From Bacteriovoracaceae bacterium (GTDB lineage: Bacteria; Bdellovibrionota; Bacteriovoracia; Bacteriovoracales; Bacteriovoracaceae), in contig JBLWTJ010000001.1 of the NCBI GenBank assembly GCA_048270185.1, positions 896,001 through 960,000 of the forward strand: a DNA stretch of 64,000 nt, written 5' to 3'. How positions within the stretch are numbered: the stretch's first letter is position 1; every line of letters starts with the position of its first letter. Both the position numbers and the translations under genes were made by a program. The notes under the pieces were generated by a model. The model was not told the DNA's origin and did no database searches. It was given only the letters and a program-made list of their open reading frames with translations. Below are positions 17,960-27,344 of the stretch, one piece after another.

Positions 17960-20921
17960 ACTCAGCAAAGATAATCGTCATAAAATTCTCATGACGTCGT
18001 TAGTGGCCACGACCGCTGTGAGCTTAACAGTCATCATCGGCTGGCTATTAAAAATAGATCTCTTAATTCAATTAAAACCAAATTTTGTTCCAATGCAATT
18101 CAATACTGCCTTAAGCTTTTTTTTAGTAAGTATTGCTCTTTTTACGACCAATATTACGCCTTCATATAAAAAAACAAAGTACGTAGCTGCCATTGCTCTT
18201 TTCTTAATATCCTTTCTGACATTAATACAATATTCAACAGGTGCCAATTTTCATATCGATGAACTCTTTATGAAGCATTATATTCTAGTTAAAACTTCTC
18301 ATCCTGGAAGAATGTCTCCAATAACGGCAGTCTGTTTTGTTATAATTGCGATTACATCTTTAGTTCCAAAATTTAAATTTAAATATATCTACCATACAGA
18401 TATTCAGTTATTTCTAGTTGCGATAATAATTTCATTAAGTGCCACTTCCCTCTTAGGTTATGTAATTGAAGTTGATATTCCCGTTTCTTGGGTAAAGTTC
18501 ACTAAGATGGCCCTTCATACATCCTTTTTATTTTGTCTTATAGGTACAACTCTATACTTTAATATCGTCACGTCATCTAAAAGACCTGAAAGTCGCTGGA
18601 TATCACTTCCAACGACACTAGCTTTACTCATAACATTCACTCTAATTGCACAAATTATTAAACAAAATGAAAGTAATAATATAAAACGCGTGGCCATTCA
18701 TGATGCATCAATTTTGCGAAGTAAGGTCGTATTACTTATTAATGAGAATATTCTGGCATTCAATCGGTTTGCAAATAGACTCGGCAGTCAAAAGGTCTTA
18801 GATTTTGATATCTGGCAAGATGATGCTCGAGCTTATTATCGCGACTTCAAATTTTACGAATCATTAGAGGTAATGAGAGATAATAACACTGATTGGCTAT
18901 TTCCTGACAATCGACTTAATTTTAATCCTGTCGATAAAGAAAACCTTGAAAAGATTAAGGAAGATCTCATCTCAAAATTGACTTTTAGAAGTCAAAATAT
19001 TTTTAGTGAGGTTTACCAAACACATGATAACCGACATCTCACTTATATCGTAACTCCTGTTTATCGTGGAAGTATTTTTATAGCAAACTCAATCGCACTG
19101 ATTAACACTCGAATACTTTTTAGTAAAATATTTGAAGATATGAAGGCTCCTTCCTTTTCAATTGCAGTTTATGAAAAGAATCAGAGAATATTTTCGGTTG
19201 CAAATAAGGATATCAGTACATATCCACCTGTGACATTTCCTCTTATGACAACACTTGGCGGACAGTGGTTTATACGAATTACTCCAACAAAGCAGTACGT
19301 TGAAAAATTAACATCTCCGATGGATGAGATCATCATGATTTTTGGAGTTTGCTTCTCTCTTGTAGGAGGATTACTTGTACATGTTTACCAAAAATCTATA
19401 ATAGCTAAGCATGAAGCACAAAGAGCTGAAAAGATGAAATCCGCAATTCTAGCAAATATGAGTCATGAAATTAGAACACCAATGAATGGAATAATTGGAA
19501 TGACTGAGCTTCTTTCAACAAATATTAAAGACAAAGAAAATTTGAAGAGAATCAACATCATTAAATCGTGTGGAGATTCGCTCTTGCGAATTATTAATGA
19601 TATTCTCGACTTTTCAAAGCTAGAAGCCGGAAAGAATTTAGTTGATGAGAAAACAATCAAAATAAAAGAACTTGTAAAAGAAATTACGGAATTATTCACG
19701 CCAGAGCTCAACAAAAAATCACTTACTCTAGAACTTAAGTTCTCAAAAGATTTTCCTGATTACGTAAAAAGTGATGAACATCGTATCAGACAAATCCTAA
19801 ATAATATTCTCAGTAATGCCATAAAATTCACAAAAGATGGTGGTATAACTATTGATGCAACAGCAACAACATTGAACTCCGACACTATTGAGCTTAGCTT
19901 CAAAGTAATCGACACCGGAATCGGAATTAATAAAGCTGACCTACCTAAACTATTTCAAGACTTCTCTCAAGTGGACTCATCCACAACAAGAAGATTTGGT
20001 GGTACAGGACTAGGTCTTTCAATTACAAAAAAGTTAGTTGAAATGCTTGGTGGAGAGATTTCAGTTCGAAGTACTCCTCAAGTAGGAACCGAGTTTGATT
20101 TTTCGATAAGAACATATCTTGTCTCAGCTAATGAGATTGAAAAATCACAATTAGATAAAACGACTGATATTAAATATAAGCAAGAGTTTAGTGTTCTTGT
20201 TGTTGACGACAATGAAATAAACCGAAATGTGGCCAAGGGTTTATTAGAAAAATTTAATTGTAATGTTTCCTTTGCAACAAATGGAAAAATGGCCATTGAA
20301 TCAGTAGCAAATGAAAATTATGATCTAGTCTTTATGGACTGCCACATGCCTATCCTTGACGGTTTTGCAGCAACACAAGCGATCATCCAAGAACAAGGAG
20401 AAAAGAGACCTGTGATCATTGCCCTAAGTGCAAGTACAATGCAAGAAGATATAAAAAGATGCAAAGATGCCGGTATGGACGACTTCCTCTCAAAGCCAAT
20501 AACACTGAAGTCAGTATTTGATGTTGTATCAAAGTATAAAGAAATCCATTTAAATAAAACTGAAGAAATTAATCAGAAAAAAAGATTTACAAATAATTTA
20601 ATGGAGCTCTTTGATAATGATACCCATCTTTTGAAAGATTCAATTGAGCTCTTACTAAGAAATTATAATCAAATGCTCGTGAATATTCTTATGGCCATTG
20701 ATGAACAGAATAAAAGTAAATTAAAGTTAACAGCTCATACTTTCAAAGGCGCTATTTCAAATTTTCATATACACTCGGCCATGAAAATTGCCCAACAAAT
20801 CGAAAAAGATGCTGACAATGACAATTTTAAGAATGCAAGGGATCACTATACTGAGTTAGTGGAATTATCAGAAGAAATAAAAGGCGACTTGTCCGAATTA
20901 ATAAAAGAGATGAACACATGA
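17946..20921 (+). CDS. Membrane hybrid histidine kinase (paralog of 11675-14635)
   Basis: Same architecture: MSHEIRTPMNG, MDCHMP, HPt HTFKGA. ATG 17946 overlaps the receiver gene. Confidence 0.92.
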   Translation: MRLLRLSKDNRHKILMTSLVATTAVSLTVIIGWLLKIDLLIQLKPNFVPMQFNTALSFFLVSIALFTTNITPSYKKTKYVAAIALFLISFLTLIQYSTGANFHIDELFMKHYILVKTSHPGRMSPITAVCFVIIAITSLVPKFKFKYIYHTDIQLFLVAIIISLSATSLLGYVIEVDIPVSWVKFTKMALHTSFLFCLIGTTLYFNIVTSSKRPESRWISLPTTLALLITFTLIAQIIKQNESNNIKRVAIHDASILRSKVVLLINENILAFNRFANRLGSQKVLDFDIWQDDARAYYRDFKFYESLEVMRDNNTDWLFPDNRLNFNPVDKENLEKIKEDLISKLTFRSQNIFSEVYQTHDNRHLTYIVTPVYRGSIFIANSIALINTRILFSKIFEDMKAPSFSIAVYEKNQRIFSVANKDISTYPPVTFPLMTTLGGQWFIRITPTKQYVEKLTSPMDEIIMIFGVCFSLVGGLLVHVYQKSIIAKHEAQRAEKMKSAILANMSHEIRTPMNGIIGMTELLSTNIKDKENLKRINIIKSCGDSLLRIINDILDFSKLEAGKNLVDEKTIKIKELVKEITELFTPELNKKSLTLELKFSKDFPDYVKSDEHRIRQILNNILSNAIKFTKDGGITIDATATTLNSDTIELSFKVIDTGIGINKADLPKLFQDFSQVDSSTTRRFGGTGLGLSITKKLVEMLGGEISVRSTPQVGTEFDFSIRTYLVSANEIEKSQLDKTTDIKYKQEFSVLVVDDNEINRNVAKGLLEKFNCNVSFATNGKMAIESVANENYDLVFMDCHMPILDGFAATQAIIQEQGEKRPVIIALSASTMQEDIKRCKDAGMDDFLSKPITLKSVFDVVSKYKEIHLNKTEEINQKKRFTNNLMELFDNDTHLLKDSIELLLRNYNQMLVNILMAIDEQNKSKLKLTAHTFKGAISNFHIHSAMKIAQQIEKDADNDNFKNARDHYTELVELSEEIKGDLSELIKEMNT

Positions 20922-21592
20922 ACAGCTTAAAAAAAATCTTAATTATCGATGATGAAGAAATCACAACTCATATAATCTCTCAGAAAATTCAAAAGAAGGG
21001 ATATAATGTTACAGTTCTTAATCAGGCACATAAAGTAATTAAGGATTTAAGTCTCTTGAAAGACTTTGATTTAATTCTACTTGATATTGTGATGCCTGAA
21101 ACATCTGGAATAGAAATATTAAAGTTGATTAGAAATAGTCAAGAATACCAACACGTTCCAATAATTATGATGACAGCACAAAGTTCTGTTGAAGATGTTG
21201 TTAACGCATTAGAGCTTGGAGCCAATGACTATATCTCAAAACCAGTAAACTTCGACATTCTAATATCGCGAATTAACACTCAATATCGACTTCTAGAGCT
21301 ACGTCAAGAACAAGAGCAAAGAAAACAAGTTGAAGCTATTAATGCTATGGTTGCAACTTATCATCATGAGCTCAACACTCCACTATCGATTGCATTTTCG
21401 TCATTAGAGAAAATAAAAAAAGAAAATCAAGAAAATATCAATATCGAAAGGTTAGAATTTTCACTGTACCGTATTTCCAATATTATTGAAAAAATTCAAC
21501 GAGTTAAGGAATCATCTGAAATATCTTTCAAACAATATATGAGTGATTCTCAGATGGTTGATTTAGAAGACAAAGAAGACAAAGAAGATTAA
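20918..21592 (+). CDS. Response regulator (REC plus HisKA-like dimerisation domain, no ATPase)
   Basis: IDDE, LDIVMP, SKP and a C-terminal TYHHELNTPL. Confidence 0.85.
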   Translation: MNSLKKILIIDDEEITTHIISQKIQKKGYNVTVLNQAHKVIKDLSLLKDFDLILLDIVMPETSGIEILKLIRNSQEYQHVPIIMMTAQSSVEDVVNALELGANDYISKPVNFDILISRINTQYRLLELRQEQEQRKQVEAINAMVATYHHELNTPLSIAFSSLEKIKKENQENINIERLEFSLYRISNIIEKIQRVKESSEISFKQYMSDSQMVDLEDKEDKED

Positions 21593-22920
21593 GTCTGATT
21601 CCACTCTGTTTTTAACTCTTTAATTCGTTTAACAAAGAGAAAAGTTAAAATTGACGAAACAATAGTTAGCCCTATTGCAAGACCGGCCCACAGGCCAGCG
21701 GCTTCCATATTGAACTTATATGTTAAGAAAAGTCCTGCAGGAATTGCAATCAACCAATATCCACAAAATGAAAAGATCATTGGGAGCTTACTCATTCCAA
21801 GCCCTCTAAGAATTCCCCACATCGTAATCTGAAGCCCATCAGGTATTTGAAAAAGAGCGACATATAAGAAGAGACTACTTCCATAAGCAATAACCGCTTG
21901 ATCATTTGAGAAGAGTCCTACTAGGATTTCAGGAAATAAAAAATAAAAAGTTGCTGTAATTAGCATATAAGTTTCTGCCATAAAAATACAGCCATAGGCA
22001 TAATTCTTGATCATTTCAAGGTCACGTCGCCCAAGAGCATAGCCGACTTTTACACCAGCAGCTCCATTGATACCAAGTGGAACCATAAATGTAAGCCCTG
22101 CAATAGTCAGAACAACATTGTGTGAAGCTGAAGCAACAAGAGTCATTCGCCCAATTAGAACAGTTACAGTTGAGAACATAAGAACTTCGATAAAAGTCCC
22201 AAGTCCAACAGGAATTCCTAATTTAATAAGTCTTTTAAAAGATTCTTTATTGAAGTGAGTCTCGATTGGCAGAACACGATAAGCGTAAATAAAGATCACA
22301 ATAGCAAGAATTGTTCGTGTCACAACTGTTGCAATGGCCGCACCTTTGATCCCTAATTCAGGGAACGGCCCAATACCAAACATCAAAACATAGTTCATAA
22401 TAAGGTTCACTACATTCATGAAGATAATGAGAATATTTGCAAAGACTGTTTTTTCAAATGCTTGTAAATATTCTTTAATCATCTGAAAGATCAAACCTGG
22501 TAAGATCGAAATATTCACCCAAAAGAGGTAAGTCTCCACTAGAGGAACGATTTTAGGAGTTAGTCCAATATCACTAACAAAGAATGTAAATAGATAAAGG
22601 GCCGCACAAAGTAGAGCGCTTAAGACCAGCGCTAAGCTCATTCCACTTCCCCACACTCCATTAGCATGAGGGTTAGAGTCTTCTCCACGCATTTGGGCCG
22701 TCACAGAACTAACAGAAAATAATGTTGAAACACCAACCATAATGAAAGGAGATAGGATTCCGGCCGCAACACCAATAGAAGAGACAGCTTCAGTTGAGTA
22801 CTTTCCTGCAACAAAGATATCACCAACACTAAAGAGCATTTGACCAACTTGTCCGATGACGAGTGGGATTGTGAAATATAATAACTCTTTGAGTCTTTTC
22901 TTTGTTGTTTGAACTACCAT
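21589..22920 (-). CDS. MATE family efflux transporter (NorM-like)
   Basis: Twelve-TM pattern, PELGIKGAAIAT, FQIPDGLQ..GILRG. Confidence 0.9.
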   Translation of the reverse strand: MVVQTTKKRLKELLYFTIPLVIGQVGQMLFSVGDIFVAGKYSTEAVSSIGVAAGILSPFIMVGVSTLFSVSSVTAQMRGEDSNPHANGVWGSGMSLALVLSALLCAALYLFTFFVSDIGLTPKIVPLVETYLFWVNISILPGLIFQMIKEYLQAFEKTVFANILIIFMNVVNLIMNYVLMFGIGPFPELGIKGAAIATVVTRTILAIVIFIYAYRVLPIETHFNKESFKRLIKLGIPVGLGTFIEVLMFSTVTVLIGRMTLVASASHNVVLTIAGLTFMVPLGINGAAGVKVGYALGRRDLEMIKNYAYGCIFMAETYMLITATFYFLFPEILVGLFSNDQAVIAYGSSLFLYVALFQIPDGLQITMWGILRGLGMSKLPMIFSFCGYWLIAIPAGLFLTYKFNMEAAGLWAGLAIGLTIVSSILTFLFVKRIKELKTEWNQT

Positions 22921-23032
22921 AACGATTTAGTTTATACCTTAATTTTTAAATATCTGGCATACAAAAATTGTAACTAAATAAACTTTAAAAATGGCCCTGT
23001 GTTTCGTAAAATAGGATCACGAAGGAGCAAAT

Positions 23033-24307
23033 GTGAAAATCATATCAAATGCAAAAGAAGCACTCTCAGTTGTCTATTCCAACTCAAATATTTTTATTCA
23101 CGGAGGAGATGCAACTCCGACAGACTTAATTGACGGCCTTATTGAAAATGCCCATAAATTAAAGAATGTCACAATTTCTCACCTCCACACTCATGGTGAT
23201 GTGAAGTATGCTGCTGATGAATTTGATGGTATTTTCAATATAGTAAACCTCTTTGTTGGTGGTAACGTTAGAAAGTATATTAACTACGATCGTATTGATT
23301 ATCTCCCATGTTTTCTATCTGAGATACCAAATCTCTTTCGCTCAAAAAGAATTGAGCTAGACTTTGCCCTCATCCAAGTAAGTCCACCTGATGAACATGG
23401 ATTTTGTACTCTTGGAACTTCAGTTGATGTGGCCAAGGCAGCAGTCGACAGTGCAAAGCATGTCATTGCTCAAATAAATCCATATATGCCAAGAGTTCAC
23501 GGCGATGGCTTCATTCACGTAAACGATATCGACTACGCCATTGAGGTTAATCATCCAATTGTAAATGGCCACTCTCTATCTCTTAGTGAAGAAGATTTAA
23601 AAATTGGTCAAATAACAGCTTCACTCATTGAAGATGGAGCAACTCTTCAAATGGGGATAGGAAGTATTCCTGATGCAGTCCTAGCAAGTCTAACTAATCA
23701 TAAGAACCTGGGGATTCATACAGAGATGTGGTCTAATGGTGCACTCGAACTTTTAAAGAATGGAACTGTTAATAATTCGCAAAAGAAGGTTCACCGAGGA
23801 AAAACAGTGAGCTCATTTATTGTCGGTGGAAAAGAAGTTCATGACTTTATCAATGATAACCCTAGTGTAATTCAACTAGAAGCCGACTACGTCAACAACC
23901 CTAGTATTATCAAACGAAACCCAAAAGTCTGTGCCATCAATAGTGCCGTTGAAGTGGATCTAACAGGACAGGTTTGTGCTGACTCGATAGGACATCGAAT
24001 TATTTCAGGTGTTGGAGGACAAATGGACTTCATGCGCGGCTCAAGTCTTTCTGAAGGAGGAAAGCCAATCATTGTTATCAATTCAAAGAGCTCTAAGGGA
24101 TTTAGTAAGATCGTTCCGACACTAAGGCCAGGAGCAGGAGTTGTGACGACAAGATCACACGTACACTATGTGGTGACTGAATTTGGGGTTGCAGATCTCT
24201 ACGGAAAGACGCTTAAGCAAAGAGCGAGTGAGCTAATTAAAATAGCTCACCCTGATGAGAGAGAAGCCTTAGAAAAGGCATGGTATGAAACACACCACTG
24301 CTACTGA
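23033..24307 (+). CDS. Acetyl-CoA hydrolase/transferase family (4-hydroxybutyrate CoA-transferase-like)
   Basis: LQMGIGSIPDAV, GIHTEM, SGVGGQMDF and VVTEFGVADL. Confidence 0.9.
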   Translation: MKIISNAKEALSVVYSNSNIFIHGGDATPTDLIDGLIENAHKLKNVTISHLHTHGDVKYAADEFDGIFNIVNLFVGGNVRKYINYDRIDYLPCFLSEIPNLFRSKRIELDFALIQVSPPDEHGFCTLGTSVDVAKAAVDSAKHVIAQINPYMPRVHGDGFIHVNDIDYAIEVNHPIVNGHSLSLSEEDLKIGQITASLIEDGATLQMGIGSIPDAVLASLTNHKNLGIHTEMWSNGALELLKNGTVNNSQKKVHRGKTVSSFIVGGKEVHDFINDNPSVIQLEADYVNNPSIIKRNPKVCAINSAVEVDLTGQVCADSIGHRIISGVGGQMDFMRGSSLSEGGKPIIVINSKSSKGFSKIVPTLRPGAGVVTTRSHVHYVVTEFGVADLYGKTLKQRASELIKIAHPDEREALEKAWYETHHCY

Positions 24308-24828
24308 ACAGTTGGTTGCTCACAAAGAAGCTCAACCATTCCCTCTGAATCTAATTTTGAGTTAGCAATTTTTAAATCAACTCTCTTAAAGATAAATAAA
24401 GAAATAAATGAACGCAGATTTAAAATATAGTCTTGTTCATTGCCATTGATCTTTACAGTGTCATCAGTGACATACTTTTCATAAATTTCTCTAAAACCAG
24501 AAGAGTCAACAGTTAGAAGCATAATGATAATTGCATTCTGCTGACTCGTTTTTTCGACACTTTCTTGGATAATTAAAGTAAGTTCATTGAGATTCTCGTA
24601 TGAACGAGATGCTATATCTTTAATCTGAGCACAAAGCTGTTGCACGCAGAATTCACCACAAGTTCTAATAAACTCTTCTTTCGAGCCAAAGTGATAAAGT
24701 ACCGAAGAAACGTTAATTTCTGCTTTCTTAGCTATATCACGAAGGCTAATTCCATAGACTCCATGCTCGGCCATGAGAGGGATCGCCACATCAATTAAAT
24801 TTTGTTTTGTTGTTTTTGTTGCCGTCAT
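24301..24828 (-). CDS. TetR/AcrR family regulator
   Basis: ISLRDIAKKAEINVSSVLYHFGSKEE. Confidence 0.88.
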   Translation of the reverse strand: MTATKTTKQNLIDVAIPLMAEHGVYGISLRDIAKKAEINVSSVLYHFGSKEEFIRTCGEFCVQQLCAQIKDIASRSYENLNELTLIIQESVEKTSQQNAIIIMLLTVDSSGFREIYEKYVTDDTVKINGNEQDYILNLRSFISLFIFKRVDLKIANSKLDSEGMVELLCEQPTVQ

Positions 24829-24854
24829 CAATACTTTTTCCTTGCAGAAAAATT

Positions 24855-24888
24855 GTTAAGGTGTTAACTATATAGTTAATATATTAAC
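24855..24888. promoter_or_regulatory. Tandem palindromic operators between tetR and marR
   Basis: GTTAA-N4-TTAAC occurs at 24855-24868 and 24875-24888. Confidence 0.65.
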
Positions 24889-24903
24889 CAAACGGGAGTA
24901 AAT

Positions 24904-25356
24904 ATGTCAATAGTTAACCTACCGCAAATTGAACACAAAATTGTCGGGAGAATGCTTAGAACAGTAAGAATCCTTGAAAAGATGATATCTGAAGAAGTTT
25001 CCCAATATAAACTTACAAAGCCTCAAATGGATGTTTTAGTTATTCTTAAATATTCAGATCAAGAGTCAGTCACGACAACTGAGCTAGCTGAGGAATTATT
25101 CGTTTCAAAGGCCAATATCACAGGAATCGTGACTCGTCTTGAAAACGCCAATCTTATTCAGAAAGTAACTGATCCAAATGATACTCGTTCAAAGAAGATT
25201 ACAGTGACTGAAGAAGGTGAAGCCTTAATTGAGAAAGTTATTCCACGTTATTTTTCAATGGGCGTTGAAGCTTTCTCAAACCTTAGCCAAGAAGAAAAAG
25301 AAAAACTACTCGCACAACTTTTATATATCGAAGAGTTTTACAGCGCACGCAGATAG
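24904..25356 (+). CDS. MarR family regulator
   Basis: LTKPQMDVL, ELAEELFVSKANITGIVTRLE and DTRSKKITVTEEG. Confidence 0.9.
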   Translation: MSIVNLPQIEHKIVGRMLRTVRILEKMISEEVSQYKLTKPQMDVLVILKYSDQESVTTTELAEELFVSKANITGIVTRLENANLIQKVTDPNDTRSKKITVTEEGEALIEKVIPRYFSMGVEAFSNLSQEEKEKLLAQLLYIEEFYSARR

Positions 25357-25377
25357 TAAAACCTTTAGGAGACGCAC

Positions 25378-26673
25378 ATGAGAAAAATCTCAATAGCTTT
25401 GCTGTTGCTGATAGCAGGCACTCAAGTTCTAGCAGAACAATACCGTTTAACGGAAGAATCGGTCATTGAATTGGCCGTCAAAAGAAATGAACAAATAGGA
25501 ATTGCAAGACAAGAAATTGAGCAGGCCAATGAAAAACTTAGCTCTGCCTACTCTAACCTATTTCCTGTCTTATCAATTACGGCCGGTGTATCTAAGGCCG
25601 ATGGAAGTGGAAACTTTGCTCCAAATGCCTATGACTGGAGAAGAAACGCCAGTATTAGATTAACTCAACCTATTTATACATTTGGCAAGATATCAAGTGG
25701 AATTGATATTACTAAATCAGCACAAAAAATTAGTGAATTAAACAGTGTTGTAACGACAGCAGATGTTATCAACACTGCACGCAAGCTCTACTATGTTGTA
25801 CTCTTTAACCGTGACCTTGTTGAAATCACGACTCAATCATATAAGAACGCAGTCGATAATAAGAATGCTCTGGAAGGACGCGTCTCTTTTGGACGTATTT
25901 CTAGAAATGATAACTTAAAGATGCAGGCCGACCTTGCTTCAAGAAAGCCTGAAATGATTGTAGCAAAGAAAAACCTTGAAACATCAATTCTAGACCTTAA
26001 AAACTTTTTGGCCTTATCAGAAGATGACAAAGTAAAAATCATTCACCATTACAATGACAAAAAAGAAATTCAAAAAGTTCCTCCAAGTCTTAGCAAGCTT
26101 GAAGAGACAGTTGATGTAAAGATCTTGAAGGAAAATGTTGCTCTTTCGGACCTCTCAATTGATTTAGCAAAGAGCCAGAGACTTCCCGACTTAGCACTAT
26201 TTGGCTCATACTCTCCAACAACATACCGAGACTCAATTGATGGAGATATCTTAAAAGAACAAAGTGATTTAACGATTGGACTTTCATTAACTTTTGATTG
26301 GGACCTCGGAGGAAGTAAGAACTCGGAAGTTGCAGTTAAAAGAAGTCAGGCCATCGTCGCTAAGCTACAATTTGACCAAGTTAAGAGAAATATCAAAACA
26401 GAATACCTAAAACTTGAAGCAGAATTTGACAGTCTCAATGAAAGAGCAAAGGCAGAACAAGAAGCTGTAAAACTTGCGGCATCCTCTTATAAAGTTGCAC
26501 TTTCTGCCTTTAAGACAGGAGGAGTATCTCAACTGCAACTAAATGACAGTGAACAACTTCTAACAAGAAACCGTCTAAGCTTAGCACAGACAAAATTAAG
26601 AATAAAAAACACTTACTCTGATATGGAGAGACTTCTTACGAGCGATAGTTCAAAACAAGAAGGAGATAAATAA
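25378..26673 (+). CDS. TolC family outer membrane protein
   Basis: Signal peptide and two OEP repeats (LFPVLSI..LTQPIYTFG; LPDLAL..FDWDLGG). Confidence 0.88.
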   Translation: MRKISIALLLLIAGTQVLAEQYRLTEESVIELAVKRNEQIGIARQEIEQANEKLSSAYSNLFPVLSITAGVSKADGSGNFAPNAYDWRRNASIRLTQPIYTFGKISSGIDITKSAQKISELNSVVTTADVINTARKLYYVVLFNRDLVEITTQSYKNAVDNKNALEGRVSFGRISRNDNLKMQADLASRKPEMIVAKKNLETSILDLKNFLALSEDDKVKIIHHYNDKKEIQKVPPSLSKLEETVDVKILKENVALSDLSIDLAKSQRLPDLALFGSYSPTTYRDSIDGDILKEQSDLTIGLSLTFDWDLGGSKNSEVAVKRSQAIVAKLQFDQVKRNIKTEYLKLEAEFDSLNERAKAEQEAVKLAASSYKVALSAFKTGGVSQLQLNDSEQLLTRNRLSLAQTKLRIKNTYSDMERLLTSDSSKQEGDK

Positions 26674-27344
26674 TGAAGCATTTTATATTTGTCAGCATAA
26701 TTGGGGCACTCTACGCTGCAAGCCTCTATATAAAGGATCTAGACCTTCAAAGAAAGAAAGGTGTCGTAACTCCAACAACTTTTGCCATTCGTTCCAAAAC
26801 AGGAACTCCCGTGGTAACGACCAAAGTAGAGAGAAGAGAGTTTTCAAACTTTGTTATCGTAACAGGTCAAGCAACAGGCTCAAGAATTGAAGCTTCTGTT
26901 GCCCCTCAAATTGCAGCAAAGATCAAATCAGGGGCCGTTGCTAGTATTCGTTTAGATGAAGAGAAGATTTACGGTAATGTCACAAGTATCAACCGCAAGG
27001 TTAACTACCTCTCAGGTCTAAACTCACTTACCGTATCATTTGGAAATAAGAAAATAAAACCAAGCTTATATGTTATGGAAATCGAATCAACAAAGCTTCC
27101 TCGTGCTCTTGTTTTAAAAAGAGAAGCAGTATCTCAACGTGGTGGTATCTTCCACGTTTATCTCGTGAATAAAGATAGAACGATTCGTCGACAAGATGTT
27201 GAGATCGAAGGAAGCAATGAACTTTACTACGCAATTTCATCAGGGCTTAAGGCCGGGGATGAAGTTGTTCTAAGTGATCTACGCTATCTTAATAATGGCG
27301 AAAAAATCAATGTAGTTAAGGTCTATGAGGAGAAGACAAAATGA
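26673..27344 (+). CDS. Short RND periplasmic adaptor (MFP)
   Basis: N-terminal anchor, PVVTTKV, a beta-barrel segment and GLKAGDEVV. Only 223 aa. Confidence 0.75.
   Translation: MKHFIFVSIIGALYAASLYIKDLDLQRKKGVVTPTTFAIRSKTGTPVVTTKVERREFSNFVIVTGQATGSRIEASVAPQIAAKIKSGAVASIRLDEEKIYGNVTSINRKVNYLSGLNSLTVSFGNKKIKPSLYVMEIESTKLPRALVLKREAVSQRGGIFHVYLVNKDRTIRRQDVEIEGSNELYYAISSGLKAGDEVVLSDLRYLNNGEKINVVKVYEEKTK

Noticed and set aside
22955..22972. Sigma54 promoter upstream of the CoA-transferase
   Set aside because: TGGCAT is present but the -12 GC spacing is wrong.
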